A stretch of DNA of 64,000 nt from Patescibacteria group bacterium (GTDB lineage: Bacteria; Patescibacteriota; Patescibacteriia; UBA9570), in assembly GCA_041665365.1 (NCBI GenBank), contig JBAYIY010000001.1, forward strand, positions 104,720 to 168,719. The letters are read 5' to 3'. Positions within the stretch are counted from its first letter, which is position 1; the number at the start of each line of letters is the position of its first letter. The notes below the pieces were generated by a model, which saw nothing but the letters and a program-made list of their open reading frames with translations, had not been told where the DNA came from and made no database searches. The translations under genes were made by a program, and so were the position numbers. This document shows positions 38,898-48,837 of this stretch, piece by piece.

Positions 38898-40067
38898 TCA
38901 TAGCCGTATCTTAGAATGATCACTGCCAGTCACATCCCATTCATCCGTTTCTTTTTTTATCTTTGGTAATTTTAATAAACCTTTCTTGAGCCGAGATATG
39001 ACCAGCTGTTTAATAGCATCCTCTTGGTCATAACCATGTAAACGGCCTGTCAGTACTCCCATTCTAAAGGTTAAGCCTTCAGACATTAGTGACCAGTTGG
39101 TGGCCGCTAAATTCTTTTCAAGCAACCTGGTCAAAGTTCTGATGCTATCGTATGACTGGCGCGTTGATTCATCTTGGACTGAAAAGCCAATCTGCACATC
39201 TTTACTAATCGCCGGCTGTTCAAAAGTGATTTGAGTATATTCGTTTTTTGTAGCTAGTGCCTCTACACGCTTGCGTAACTGCGGGACAGTGAGTCGTTCA
39301 ATGGACGCAATTAATTCATAAAGCCCCTTATGCTCTTCCTGTTCTTTGGCTTCATCGGTTATCTTTTTCATTTCTTCTAAATCTACCAGAAACTTCAAAT
39401 ACTCATGACCCTCTTCATCGGAAATGCAATATTTCTTACGCAATTTCTTAAACTCAATTTCACTCATTTCATCCTTTTTTTCTGTTTTTAAATCAAGCAC
39501 ATCTACAGTTTTGTGATGGCATTTCGTACAACGCTCTATAGTTGTAATAATATCTCCCTTACGTGATCGTTCTGTTTTAATTGTTTGCCGATGACAACGC
39601 ACACAAACTTTTGGTTGCGATACGTATTCAATGCCATCATGGTAGAAAGCCCGGCCCCGATGTTTACTTGGACAAGTGTAAAAGAATAAGACGACGTCTT
39701 TGCCGTCTCGATCAGTTAATGTTTTAAAGTCAGATTGTATAGACTCATGGCATGTGGAGCAGTAGATATTTTTTGGAGCAATTGCTGCTTCAAGTAACTG
39801 ATCCCGCACCCTGTCACGCTCCATCCATTCTTGGATTGTTTTTTCTTTGTTTTTCCATAGCTCACCTTTTTCAAAATACATTTGCAATTCAAGATTCATT
39901 TTTGAAAAAGTTTTATATTGCGCAAACTCAGGGGTTCCTTTCTTAAAATTTTTAGCTTCACTGACACGCTGCTGTGCATGCTCGATCATCTGACAATACT
40001 TGATAGTATGCAAGTCATATCTATCATCATAATGAGTTCTTTCTTTCAGCTCTCGTACAGTACCCAT
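38898..40067 (-). CDS. Hypothetical Zn-ribbon protein
   Basis: CSTC, CPSKH, CVRC, CTKC motifs. Confidence 0.7.
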   Translation of the reverse strand: MGTVRELKERTHYDDRYDLHTIKYCQMIEHAQQRVSEAKNFKKGTPEFAQYKTFSKMNLELQMYFEKGELWKNKEKTIQEWMERDRVRDQLLEAAIAPKNIYCSTCHESIQSDFKTLTDRDGKDVVLFFYTCPSKHRGRAFYHDGIEYVSQPKVCVRCHRQTIKTERSRKGDIITTIERCTKCHHKTVDVLDLKTEKKDEMSEIEFKKLRKKYCISDEEGHEYLKFLVDLEEMKKITDEAKEQEEHKGLYELIASIERLTVPQLRKRVEALATKNEYTQITFEQPAISKDVQIGFSVQDESTRQSYDSIRTLTRLLEKNLAATNWSLMSEGLTFRMGVLTGRLHGYDQEDAIKQLVISRLKKGLLKLPKIKKETDEWDVTGSDHSKIRL

Positions 40068-40082
40068 CTAAGCTTTGTACAA

Positions 40083-41180
40083 CTATTTTTTTGTATGCGC
40101 TTCAAGTACGTCAATATAATTTTCCAAACGGCTAAGCAATTCATCATAAGTGACTATTACCACATCTTTCAATCCCTGCGTGAGTAGTCGCAAGTCATCT
40201 TTCTGCTTTTGCTCAGTTAAAATGGAAGCATTCCCTGCTAAGATAATGCCTCGTGGACGCAAGACCTGCAGTTGAATTTTATGTTTATCTATCAGATAAC
40301 TTCGAATAGCATCACCATGACGATGAACTTGGGACATGTAATTCTCGGTTTGAATAATAGCTTTAGAAATTTCTTTATCAAAGTAATAATTGCCTCGGCT
40401 ATCATCTGGCAGAAGCAGATTGGTATCCGGTTTTTTTATTTCTAGAATATCTAAATAGTTATCATGTGTTATTAAAGCAAAGTCAGGTAATTTTGTATTA
40501 CCAATTGCTACATTCATTTTCTCTATTGCTTTAATGTACCCTTGTTGAATAAGTAAAATATTATCCCGAATATATTTTTGCCACCACGACTCCGCATGCT
40601 TCGATTGGATGGCTTTCTTGAGATAAGCTGCCAACTCTTTCAATGATTTAATTTGTGCTTGGGCTTTTAAGAGGTTAACGCTACTAATTGATTCAGATGC
40701 AATATACCCCGGTAAAAACTTATTCAGAACATCCCTATCCTCTGAGGAAAGCTGAGGTATCATCGCTGGACTAATAACCTTAGATAATAAACCTGGCACA
40801 TATACTTGGATATCCTCAGCAGCAAAATGATTCGGATATGTTGCAGCAAAAAAATGATCAACAATATCATTTTTAATATCTCGGTTTCGTGTAATGCTCT
40901 CTCCACCCATTTTAGAAAGCAATGTTTTTGAAGTGTAAACAAGGTATTTTCCTCTAAAAAGATCTATGTGAGAATCTGAGTCTGTGATAATCCACTTATA
41001 ATTGCCTGGAAATTTACGTTGCAACTTTTGCAAAATATGTTTTCCAAAAGATATCATGCCATCCTTTTTTAAATTCGATGGCTTTTTGCCTTCGTAATAA
41101 ATACAAACTCCTTTAAGGGCATTACCATAAGTTCTATTCTTGATTTTGACATGTTTTAATTTTTTCTTTACAGCTCTCAT
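40083..41180 (-). CDS. sduA: Shedu immune nuclease (DUF4263)
   Basis: ESWWQKYI, PDF...ILEIKKP, SKAIIQTENY, GIILAG, VTYDELL. Confidence 0.85.
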   Translation of the reverse strand: MRAVKKKLKHVKIKNRTYGNALKGVCIYYEGKKPSNLKKDGMISFGKHILQKLQRKFPGNYKWIITDSDSHIDLFRGKYLVYTSKTLLSKMGGESITRNRDIKNDIVDHFFAATYPNHFAAEDIQVYVPGLLSKVISPAMIPQLSSEDRDVLNKFLPGYIASESISSVNLLKAQAQIKSLKELAAYLKKAIQSKHAESWWQKYIRDNILLIQQGYIKAIEKMNVAIGNTKLPDFALITHDNYLDILEIKKPDTNLLLPDDSRGNYYFDKEISKAIIQTENYMSQVHRHGDAIRSYLIDKHKIQLQVLRPRGIILAGNASILTEQKQKDDLRLLTQGLKDVVIVTYDELLSRLENYIDVLEAHTKK

Positions 41181-41189
41181 AAGTTCATT

Positions 41190-41750
41190 TTATTGTTTGA
41201 TTGTGTTCACTTGAAATTTACACAGCCGACAAATACCATTCACGTTGGTATTTGTGTTAACGTAAAATTCAAATCGATCCTTATTACATACTGGGCATAA
41301 TACTAGTCCATTTTTATTTTTAGTCTCTCGTATTGCATTCAAAACAGTTTTAGCATTGCGGACATACTGATCTACTTTTTCTTTGTTATCAATATACCCC
41401 TTTACCCAAAGATCTGTGGTAATACGTCCGGCTGATGTTTCACGATATAAAATTTTGCCTTGGTTTAATAATTTTTCCCAATACTGACGACTATGCCCGT
41501 ATTGTTTGGCGATATCACTGGATGATAATATTTCAGCATTGGCCGGGATGTAGCCCCTTTGCTCCATGAATCTAATGCAATCCTTTAAAGCTTGGGCCAA
41601 AGCTGATTCCTTTTTTGCTTTTGACAAGCCTTGCGCAAGAGTTAACCTAACACTGAGTGTTCCTCCACTTGAAGTATTGGCGTGCCAGTAAAATTTATTT
41701 GAATCTTTAAGCATTGTGCCAATGCTAACATATCTGGTTTCTTTTGGCAA
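41190..41750 (-). CDS. HTH (excisionase-like) plus Zn-ribbon protein
   Basis: LSSSDIAKQYGHSRQYWEKLLNQGKI; CPVC/CRLC; start uncertain. Confidence 0.6.
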   Translation of the reverse strand: MPKETRYVSIGTMLKDSNKFYWHANTSSGGTLSVRLTLAQGLSKAKKESALAQALKDCIRFMEQRGYIPANAEILSSSDIAKQYGHSRQYWEKLLNQGKILYRETSAGRITTDLWVKGYIDNKEKVDQYVRNAKTVLNAIRETKNKNGLVLCPVCNKDRFEFYVNTNTNVNGICRLCKFQVNTIKQ

Positions 41751-41769
41751 CCTATGTTAAACTGTCTCT

Positions 41770-42663
41770 ATGGCTACAAAATTTAAAGCTCAGGGGAAAA
41801 ATATCCTACATAACCAAGATAGATTTTGCTTGGTACTTAAAGACTATGGATTAGTTAGCACCCCTTTCGTGCTAAATGAATTCAGCAAACAGGACTTACT
41901 GAAACCAGGTAAGGGAAAGCAATATCAACAAGAACAGATTATTGTTTATGATAATATTCGAAGGCATTTGTTTAAACAATATCAGTTACCGATTATTTTT
42001 CAGCAACACATGAATGATGGTAAGACATTCGCTACAATGCTTTCGAGTTCACCCCAAGTCATTAAAAATGATTTAAAAAAATTAAGTACAATTTTATCTT
42101 TTTTAAAAAAAATCAATAACATCTGTGCGGATGCAGGACTAAATATTGAACGCATTTTAATTGATAGCAAGGTAAATGGTTACAATAGAAAAGATATAGA
42201 ACGTGACTATAAAGCAAGTAGGAAGCACGAACTCAAAAATACTGTTATTCCAGGGTTGAAGAAACTGATCAAGACTTTTGGTTTTAGTATAAAGGATCTT
42301 CAGGAGTGGCAATCAGAGTTTGCATTTTTAGGAAAACAACATGATGACACAAAAGACTTTTTTGGTTACATGGAATGTATTCCACTCGTAGTACGACGTC
42401 GCGCAAAAAATCCGTACCGGCTAGCGATGCTTTACTACGATTACTCTTATGACTTGGAATGGGTATTACGTCAGTTGGACGAAAAAACCGTACACCTTCA
42501 TACCCTGGTTACAAATATGCCTTATCAAAAAGTTTGCGTGTATTGTAACGCAGAATACGAACCAGTAAGAGCCGATAGTAAGAATTGCGCTAAAAAAGCA
42601 TGCCAACAGGCCTATAAAAACCATCAAAAGCGTATTCAACGAGAACTTGGCAACTACAGCTAG
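41770..42663 (+). CDS. Hypothetical protein with C-terminal Zn finger
   Basis: CVYC...CAKKAC followed by a basic helix. Confidence 0.62.
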   Translation: MATKFKAQGKNILHNQDRFCLVLKDYGLVSTPFVLNEFSKQDLLKPGKGKQYQQEQIIVYDNIRRHLFKQYQLPIIFQQHMNDGKTFATMLSSSPQVIKNDLKKLSTILSFLKKINNICADAGLNIERILIDSKVNGYNRKDIERDYKASRKHELKNTVIPGLKKLIKTFGFSIKDLQEWQSEFAFLGKQHDDTKDFFGYMECIPLVVRRRAKNPYRLAMLYYDYSYDLEWVLRQLDEKTVHLHTLVTNMPYQKVCVYCNAEYEPVRADSKNCAKKACQQAYKNHQKRIQRELGNYS

Positions 42664-42692
42664 CGGAACTTTACGGAACTTTCCAAATCTCC

Positions 42693-42726
42693 AAACACCC
42701 TATGCTTAAATGTATTGGGTGTTTTT
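42693..42726 (+). terminator. Putative intrinsic terminator, preceded by a CGGAACTTT direct repeat (42664-42682)
   Basis: AAACACCC...GGGTGTTTTT. Confidence 0.5.
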
Positions 42727-42747
42727 AATTACTAAGAAAAATAACTT

Positions 42748-44028
42748 ATGAATCAACCCATTCAAACCGTTCAGGTTAAGATAGTCGACCTAAACCCTGC
42801 CCCCTATAACCCGCGGCGCTGGGACGAAGCAGCCAAAACTCATCTCAAAGACAGCATTCAGCGCTTTGGCTTAGTAGATCCAATTATTGTTAATAATAAT
42901 CCAGACCGTCACAATATTGTTATCGGAGGACATTTCCGGCTGCACATTGCAAAAGAACTAGGATATGTAGAGGTGCCCGTGATCTATCTCAATATCGCTG
43001 AGGTTGCCAAAGAAAAAGAACTTAATCTTCGGCTCAACAGGAATGTGGGGTCATGGAACTTCGAGTTGCTTAAAGAATTTGATCTGAACCTCTTGCTCGA
43101 TGTTGGATTTGATGATGCAGACCTTTCTATCATTTGGGATGAAATGTTAGAGGTAGAAGATGATCACTTTCATACCCAAAAAGAATTCAAAGAAGCACAA
43201 CATACTACTATTCAAGCTGGTGATTTGTTTGCGCTCGGTGATCATCGCGTCATTTGTGGTGACGCTACTCAACCCGAGGTGATTCAAGCACTGCTAGGAG
43301 GTCAGCATGTACAGATGATTTACTCTGATCCCCCATACAACATTGCCTTAAATTATTCTAAGGGTATAAGCACCCAAGGCAAGTATGGCCATAGCCAGCT
43401 GAATGATCATCAATCCGATTCTGAGTATCAACTATTTTTACAACGTTCCCTAGAAACCGCGTTGACAGTACTGGATGATGCAGGTCATGTGTTTTACTGG
43501 TGCGATGAGCGATATATTGGCTTGTTGCAGCAACTGTATACCACAGTAGGGATCAACCACAAACGGGTCTGTCTTTGGATTAAAAACAACCACAATATGA
43601 CTCCCCAAGTGGCATTTAATAAACTATATGAACCATGTGTCTACGGCACTCGTGGTAAACCTTATCTGGCTGAAATTAAAAACCTGCACGAAATTCTGAA
43701 CAAGGAAGTGGGTACCGGCAATCGCGCTATTGATGATCTCCAAGACCTCTTAAATATTTGGTTCGAAAAACGCCTGCCTGGAATGCAATATACACACCCC
43801 ACTGAAAAGCCAGCTACCCTACATGAAAAGCCCATACGCCGTTGTACTAAGCCCGGTGACCGTATATTGGATAGCTTCGGAGGTTCTGGTTCAACGTTAA
43901 TCGCCTGTGAACAACTAAAGCGGGTAGCCTATGTAGCTGAAATCGACCCTATTTTTACACAATTAATACTCAATCGCTATGAACAACTTACTGGAAATAA
44001 AGCCAAACAGCTCAACGGAACTAAATGA
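42748..44028 (+). CDS. ParB-N-terminal domain fused to N6/N4 DNA methyltransferase
   Basis: LNPAPYNPR, IGGHFR (ParB/Srx); SDPPYN, HPTEKP, DSFGGSGS. Confidence 0.9.
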   Translation: MNQPIQTVQVKIVDLNPAPYNPRRWDEAAKTHLKDSIQRFGLVDPIIVNNNPDRHNIVIGGHFRLHIAKELGYVEVPVIYLNIAEVAKEKELNLRLNRNVGSWNFELLKEFDLNLLLDVGFDDADLSIIWDEMLEVEDDHFHTQKEFKEAQHTTIQAGDLFALGDHRVICGDATQPEVIQALLGGQHVQMIYSDPPYNIALNYSKGISTQGKYGHSQLNDHQSDSEYQLFLQRSLETALTVLDDAGHVFYWCDERYIGLLQQLYTTVGINHKRVCLWIKNNHNMTPQVAFNKLYEPCVYGTRGKPYLAEIKNLHEILNKEVGTGNRAIDDLQDLLNIWFEKRLPGMQYTHPTEKPATLHEKPIRRCTKPGDRILDSFGGSGSTLIACEQLKRVAYVAEIDPIFTQLILNRYEQLTGNKAKQLNGTK

Positions 44029-44749
44029 ACCACAACAGTTAGGTTACCACTACGTCATGTGTGGCGATGCTACTAATCCAACTGATGTCGCTCAACTGAT
44101 AGGAAAACAGAAAATTAATCTAGTACTGACGGATCCACCGTACGGAGTTGGCTATGTAGAAAGTAAACAAGGTTTTCAAACTCTTCGTCATGAAAAAGTG
44201 ATCGCTAATGACCACGTCCAAAGCGAAGAGGAATATCAAAACTTTATGGAGCAATGGCTAAAACTGACAGTGCCGCATTTAGCCAAACGGAATGCTTTCT
44301 ATGTATTTAACTCAGATAAGATGCTATTTGCCCTCCGCCGTGCCATGGATAACCACAAGTTACACTTTGCTCAGTTACTAATCTGGATGAAACAACATGC
44401 TGTTATTGGTCGCTTAGATTACCTGCCACAACACGAGCTCATTATGTATGGCTGGTACGGCACGCATCGTTTCTATAAAAATAAAGATAAGTCCGTCCTC
44501 TTCTGCCCAAAGCCGCAGCGGAGTCGCCTGCACCCAACCACCAAACCAGTGAGTTTGCTACGCCGCCTCATACTGAATAATACCCAGGTGGGTGACGTTG
44601 TGTACGATCCCTTTGGTGGCTCAGGGTCGACGCTGATTGCATGTGAACAAACCCAACGCCGTTGTCTCATGATGGAACTTGATCCAGATTATTACACGAC
44701 GATTCTACAACGCTTTGAGCAGCACATTTTGAAATATGGGGATCAATAA
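43979..44749 (+). CDS. N6/N4 DNA methyltransferase
   Basis: TDPPYG, HPTTKP, DPFGGSGS. Confidence 0.9.
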   Translation: MNNLLEIKPNSSTELNEPQQLGYHYVMCGDATNPTDVAQLIGKQKINLVLTDPPYGVGYVESKQGFQTLRHEKVIANDHVQSEEEYQNFMEQWLKLTVPHLAKRNAFYVFNSDKMLFALRRAMDNHKLHFAQLLIWMKQHAVIGRLDYLPQHELIMYGWYGTHRFYKNKDKSVLFCPKPQRSRLHPTTKPVSLLRRLILNNTQVGDVVYDPFGGSGSTLIACEQTQRRCLMMELDPDYYTTILQRFEQHILKYGDQ

Positions 44750-44751
44750 AT

Positions 44752-45189
44752 ATGGAACCTAAACACAAGAGAAGAATGACCATTGAAAAACGTCAGCAAA
44801 CCCAAAAGGACGCCTTAATTGAACTACTGAAGAAAACACCCATCATCCAAGCGGCTTGCCAAAAGATGGAGCTGGGACGGGCTACCTACTATCGCTGGCT
44901 AAAAGATGACCCAGCATTTGCAGAGGCAGTACACACTGCACTCGACCATGGCGTGGGACTGGTAAATGATATGGCAGAGTCGCAGTTAATTTCTGCGATT
45001 AAAGATCAAAATATGACGGCCATCATCTTCTGGCTAAAACATCACCACATGGCTTATACAACACGTATTGAATTGACGGGCGGTCAATCTACGGATCTGC
45101 CTGAATTAACTCCAGAACAGCAGCGTGTAGTTCAAGTTGCTCTTGAACAAGCACGACTCCTAAATAATGAGTCACCACAGATACTATGA
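44752..45189 (+). CDS. phBC6A51-like HTH protein / terminase small-subunit-like
   Basis: ACQKMELGRATYYRWLKDDPAF, AESQL, AIIFWLK; overlaps the terL start (ATGA). Confidence 0.72.
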   Translation: MEPKHKRRMTIEKRQQTQKDALIELLKKTPIIQAACQKMELGRATYYRWLKDDPAFAEAVHTALDHGVGLVNDMAESQLISAIKDQNMTAIIFWLKHHHMAYTTRIELTGGQSTDLPELTPEQQRVVQVALEQARLLNNESPQIL

Positions 45190-46733
45190 ACACAGCTGAA
45201 CAATTTGCGATTATCAGCAGCACAAAATCGGTACGGAAAGCTATAACAATGCAATCGCATTTTTGGTTTTTTCATGTTTACCTTAATCAATATATCACCT
45301 ACGAAACGGCGCCGTTTCATCGAGAAATGTTACAGCTGACTGAAAACCCACAATTGAGTTTATTGGTCTTTATGGCGTTCCGGGGTTCTGGCAAATCCAC
45401 TATCTTATCCTTGTCCTATCCCTTATGGGCCTTGCTAGGGAAGAAAAAGAAACGCTGTATCTTAATTTTAAGTCAGACCCAGTATCAAGCGCAGTCATTA
45501 TTGCAGCACATTAAACATGAACTGGAGGAAAATATTTTATTACGTAAAGATTTTGGACCATTTGTCACACGCACTACGCAATGGAGCGCGGACACCATTG
45601 TTATTCCTCGGTACGATGCCAAAATTATTGCTGCTTCTACAGAACAAAGTATTCGTGGAATTCGTCATGCAGAAGTAAGGCCCGACCTCATTATTTGTGA
45701 TGATATTGAAGATTTGTCATCAGTTAAAACCATGGAGTCAAGAAACAAAACATTTCAATGGTTAAGTGGTGAAATCATCCCTGCCGGTGACCGACACACG
45801 CAGACCGTCATTTTAGGAAATTTACTACATGAAGATTCCTTGCTGATGCGGATCAATAAACTGATTGATGATGACCGGATTGATGGTATTGTAAAACGCT
45901 ATCCCATCATCTCAGAGGGCAAACCTTTGTGGGCTGCTAAATTTCCTAACGAAGCGAGTCTGGTTCAGGAACAGCGTAAGATTGGTAATCCCATTGCCTG
46001 GAAACGCGAATTTGAATTACAAATTGTACCCGAAGATGGACAAGTCATTAGCTATGATGATATTCATTATTACGACACACTCCCTGAACCCAAGGAACCA
46101 GAACAGCGAGAGCTGGATGATTACACAAATGTTATCCGTTTAGAAAAGGTCTGTACTGGTATTGATTTAGCCATTAGTAAAAAAGACTCTGCAGACTATA
46201 CAGCAATGGTTTCTATTGAAATATTTAGTTTTGAGCACGAGGAAATTAAATTCTATGTGTTGCCGCACCCTATCAATAAACGTCTTAGTTTTGCCGAAAC
46301 GATTGAACAGGCGGATAATATTAGTAAACGTTTAGGTAAAACGCATCCTACTCAACTCTACGTCGAGCAGGTAGCTTATCAGGCTAGTGCTGTGGAAACC
46401 CTCAAGGAACGTCGTCTGCCGGTGGAAGGCATTACTGTGACCGGGGCAGATAAACGAGCCCGATTACAAATCGTCTCACCTTTGATTGAACAAGGCCAGA
46501 TCCTGTTTCCACGTACGGGTGCAGAGGATTTAATTGCCCAAATCGTTGGATTTGGAGTAGAGCGCCATGACGATTTACTAGACGCCTTTACCTTAGTCAT
46601 CATGCAGGTGATGAATATGCGGCCAGCTTGGCAGCTAAGTGATATGAATAATGAACCCATTAAACGGATGCGCATGTACAGTAAATGCGTACCAGGAGGC
46701 TACTTTGATCCCCCAAACTGGAACATTATCTAA
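45186..46733 (+). CDS. terL: Phage terminase large subunit
   Basis: FRGSGKS Walker A, IRG, LIICDDIE Walker B, GIDLA, VEQVAYQ, HDDLLDA nuclease motifs. Confidence 0.88.
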   Translation: MNTAEQFAIISSTKSVRKAITMQSHFWFFHVYLNQYITYETAPFHREMLQLTENPQLSLLVFMAFRGSGKSTILSLSYPLWALLGKKKKRCILILSQTQYQAQSLLQHIKHELEENILLRKDFGPFVTRTTQWSADTIVIPRYDAKIIAASTEQSIRGIRHAEVRPDLIICDDIEDLSSVKTMESRNKTFQWLSGEIIPAGDRHTQTVILGNLLHEDSLLMRINKLIDDDRIDGIVKRYPIISEGKPLWAAKFPNEASLVQEQRKIGNPIAWKREFELQIVPEDGQVISYDDIHYYDTLPEPKEPEQRELDDYTNVIRLEKVCTGIDLAISKKDSADYTAMVSIEIFSFEHEEIKFYVLPHPINKRLSFAETIEQADNISKRLGKTHPTQLYVEQVAYQASAVETLKERRLPVEGITVTGADKRARLQIVSPLIEQGQILFPRTGAEDLIAQIVGFGVERHDDLLDAFTLVIMQVMNMRPAWQLSDMNNEPIKRMRMYSKCVPGGYFDPPNWNII

Positions 46734-46806
46734 GAGAAAGTTACCAACAAGTTACCTACAGCTGTCACTGGATAGCCTACAAAGGGTGTGACATTACTGT
46801 AGATAG

Positions 46807-48120
46807 ATGATTACCACTACCCTAGATACAACTCGAGTCAACCTTAAGTACTGCCTGTATGCGCGTAAGTCTTCAGAGGAAGACGAACGGCAAGCCATGT
46901 CGATTGAATCACAAGTCAATGAAATGCTGCAGCTTGCTGAGCAACAGGGGCTACAGGTCACTGATATCCGCCGTGAGGCCCATTCAGCTAAAAATTCAGG
47001 CCAGCGCGAAGTCTTAAATACTCTCTTGGCAGATATTGCCACAGATATGTTTGATGGAATACTCACGTGGGCGCCAGATCGATTAAGTCGTAATGCTGGC
47101 GACCTAGGCTCAATTGTCGATCTGATGGATCAAGGGCACATCAAAGAAATTCGTACCCACGGCCAGACGTTCAGCAATTCACCTAATGAAAAATTCCTAC
47201 TGATGATTCTGGGTTCTCAGGCCAAGCTGGAAAATGATCACCGGGGTCTTAATGTGAAGCGCGGCCTACGGGCCAAAGCCGGTACGGGCTGGCGTCCAGG
47301 GATGCCGCCACTTGGATACAACATCATGAAAGCGATTGGACCAAATGACAAGAAGATTGTGATTGATCCAGAGCGAGCTGAGACGATCCAACTGATCTTT
47401 AAAAAGGTAGGGCTCTATGGGTTTAGCGGCCGGATGATTCATCGCTGGTTAAAAGAAGAAACTCCCTTTACTACACGTAGTGGTAATATGCTGGCACTAA
47501 GCGCCATTTTCCGCATGATGAAAAATCCATTTTACTATGGCATGTTCGAATTCCCTGAGGGCAGCGGTAACTGGTATGTTGGTAAACATGACCCACTCAT
47601 TACGAAAGATGTCTTTGATGCTGCTAATGAACAGATGCAGCGGCCAGATACTGAAATAACAGTCTGGGGAGCAAAGAATTTTCACTTTACACAACTCCTC
47701 ACCTGCGGAGGATGTGGTTCAGGAGTAACCGCAGAAGAAAAGTTTAAAAAGTTGCTCGATGGAAGTAAGAGGCGGTACGTGTATTATCACTGCACACGAG
47801 GACGTGATGTGAACTGTGCCGAAAAGTTTATTCGGGAAGAGGAACTTCTAAAACAACTACTGTACATTATTGATCAGGTTGATTTAAACACGATTGCAGC
47901 TAAGCGAAAATTCCAGGAAGAACTAGAACGCTTCAGAAAATTTGCACGAGGCGTGCTTGGACAGGTGACAGATGGCTCAACTGGCCAAAAAGTCGTTGAT
48001 ATGAAGATGTATGTGAGATATGTGCTGCAAGAAGGAACTAGAGAAGAGAAGCAGGAGATACTAAAATGTTTGGATAGTAAGCTGATGTTGAAGGATCAGA
48101 AAGTGAATATTGAAAATTAA
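46807..48120 (+). CDS. Large serine recombinase
   Basis: YARKSS, DRLSRN, PLGY, NPFYYG, HDPLI, Zn ribbon CGGC...YYHC. Confidence 0.93.
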   Translation: MITTTLDTTRVNLKYCLYARKSSEEDERQAMSIESQVNEMLQLAEQQGLQVTDIRREAHSAKNSGQREVLNTLLADIATDMFDGILTWAPDRLSRNAGDLGSIVDLMDQGHIKEIRTHGQTFSNSPNEKFLLMILGSQAKLENDHRGLNVKRGLRAKAGTGWRPGMPPLGYNIMKAIGPNDKKIVIDPERAETIQLIFKKVGLYGFSGRMIHRWLKEETPFTTRSGNMLALSAIFRMMKNPFYYGMFEFPEGSGNWYVGKHDPLITKDVFDAANEQMQRPDTEITVWGAKNFHFTQLLTCGGCGSGVTAEEKFKKLLDGSKRRYVYYHCTRGRDVNCAEKFIREEELLKQLLYIIDQVDLNTIAAKRKFQEELERFRKFARGVLGQVTDGSTGQKVVDMKMYVRYVLQEGTREEKQEILKCLDSKLMLKDQKVNIEN

Positions 48121-48451
48121 ATTTCTGATTTTTCTATATTCTTCTTGAAACAATCTTCAACTTGCTTCCAATTCTCATTCAAATAATATTGTATGCTTGC
48201 TATACTACATACTTCACAAGTAATGTTTAGTGACCGATTATCACAAATTTTGTTTACAAAATTAGGTTCAGTTTTAACATCATGAACGCTAAATATTTTA
48301 TTATTAGCTTGTTTTACTAGTAATACGTTTCCTGGATTTTTTAGAGGATTAACTTTAGGCATAAAGATATAAGATAACAAGTTAGTCTTGTTGGGTTAAA
48401 AAACAAACGTTCTGAGTATGGTGACAACTGGCCTCAGCAAATCAGAGGTGC

Positions 48452-48655
48452 TTATTGATTATTTTTTAAATCATTAAGTGACTTGATCTTGTTCTCTTTT
48501 AAGTAGGTACCCAGATGCATATCTGAACGAACTTTTAGATTCAATCTATATTGCTGTTCAATGGTACCAATATGAGTGTCATCACGCTTATCGCGTAATT
48601 GGCCACTTTTATTGCGGGAACGATATCCACGCATACCTGGTGCGTCTTTTGCCAT
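48452..48655 (-). CDS. Small basic hypothetical protein (67 aa)
   Basis: MAKDAPGMRGYRSRNKSG...KRDDTHIGTIE...VRSDMHLG; start taken at ATG 48655. Confidence 0.6.
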   Translation of the reverse strand: MAKDAPGMRGYRSRNKSGQLRDKRDDTHIGTIEQQYRLNLKVRSDMHLGTYLKENKIKSLNDLKNNQ

Positions 48656-48837
48656 ATCAATTTTAACATTAATTTGGAAGAGCTCGACCACATCTCTCCG
48701 ACTGCTTAATGCAGTCTGCTGCAACCTGCAACAATCGGAACATGAGTAGAACGGCTGAGACCAGCTCACCGAAATATATTGTATAATTAGCACTCTCCAT
48801 AGTCAAGTGCCAATTATTATCTATCAACCAACTTAGG

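Noticed and set aside
42748-48120. Intact prophage
   Set aside because: No portal, capsid, tail or lysis genes are recognisable.
48117-48380. 87-aa minus-strand ORF convergent with the recombinase
   Set aside because: It is AT-rich with no motifs; it may be a remnant but cannot be supported as a gene.
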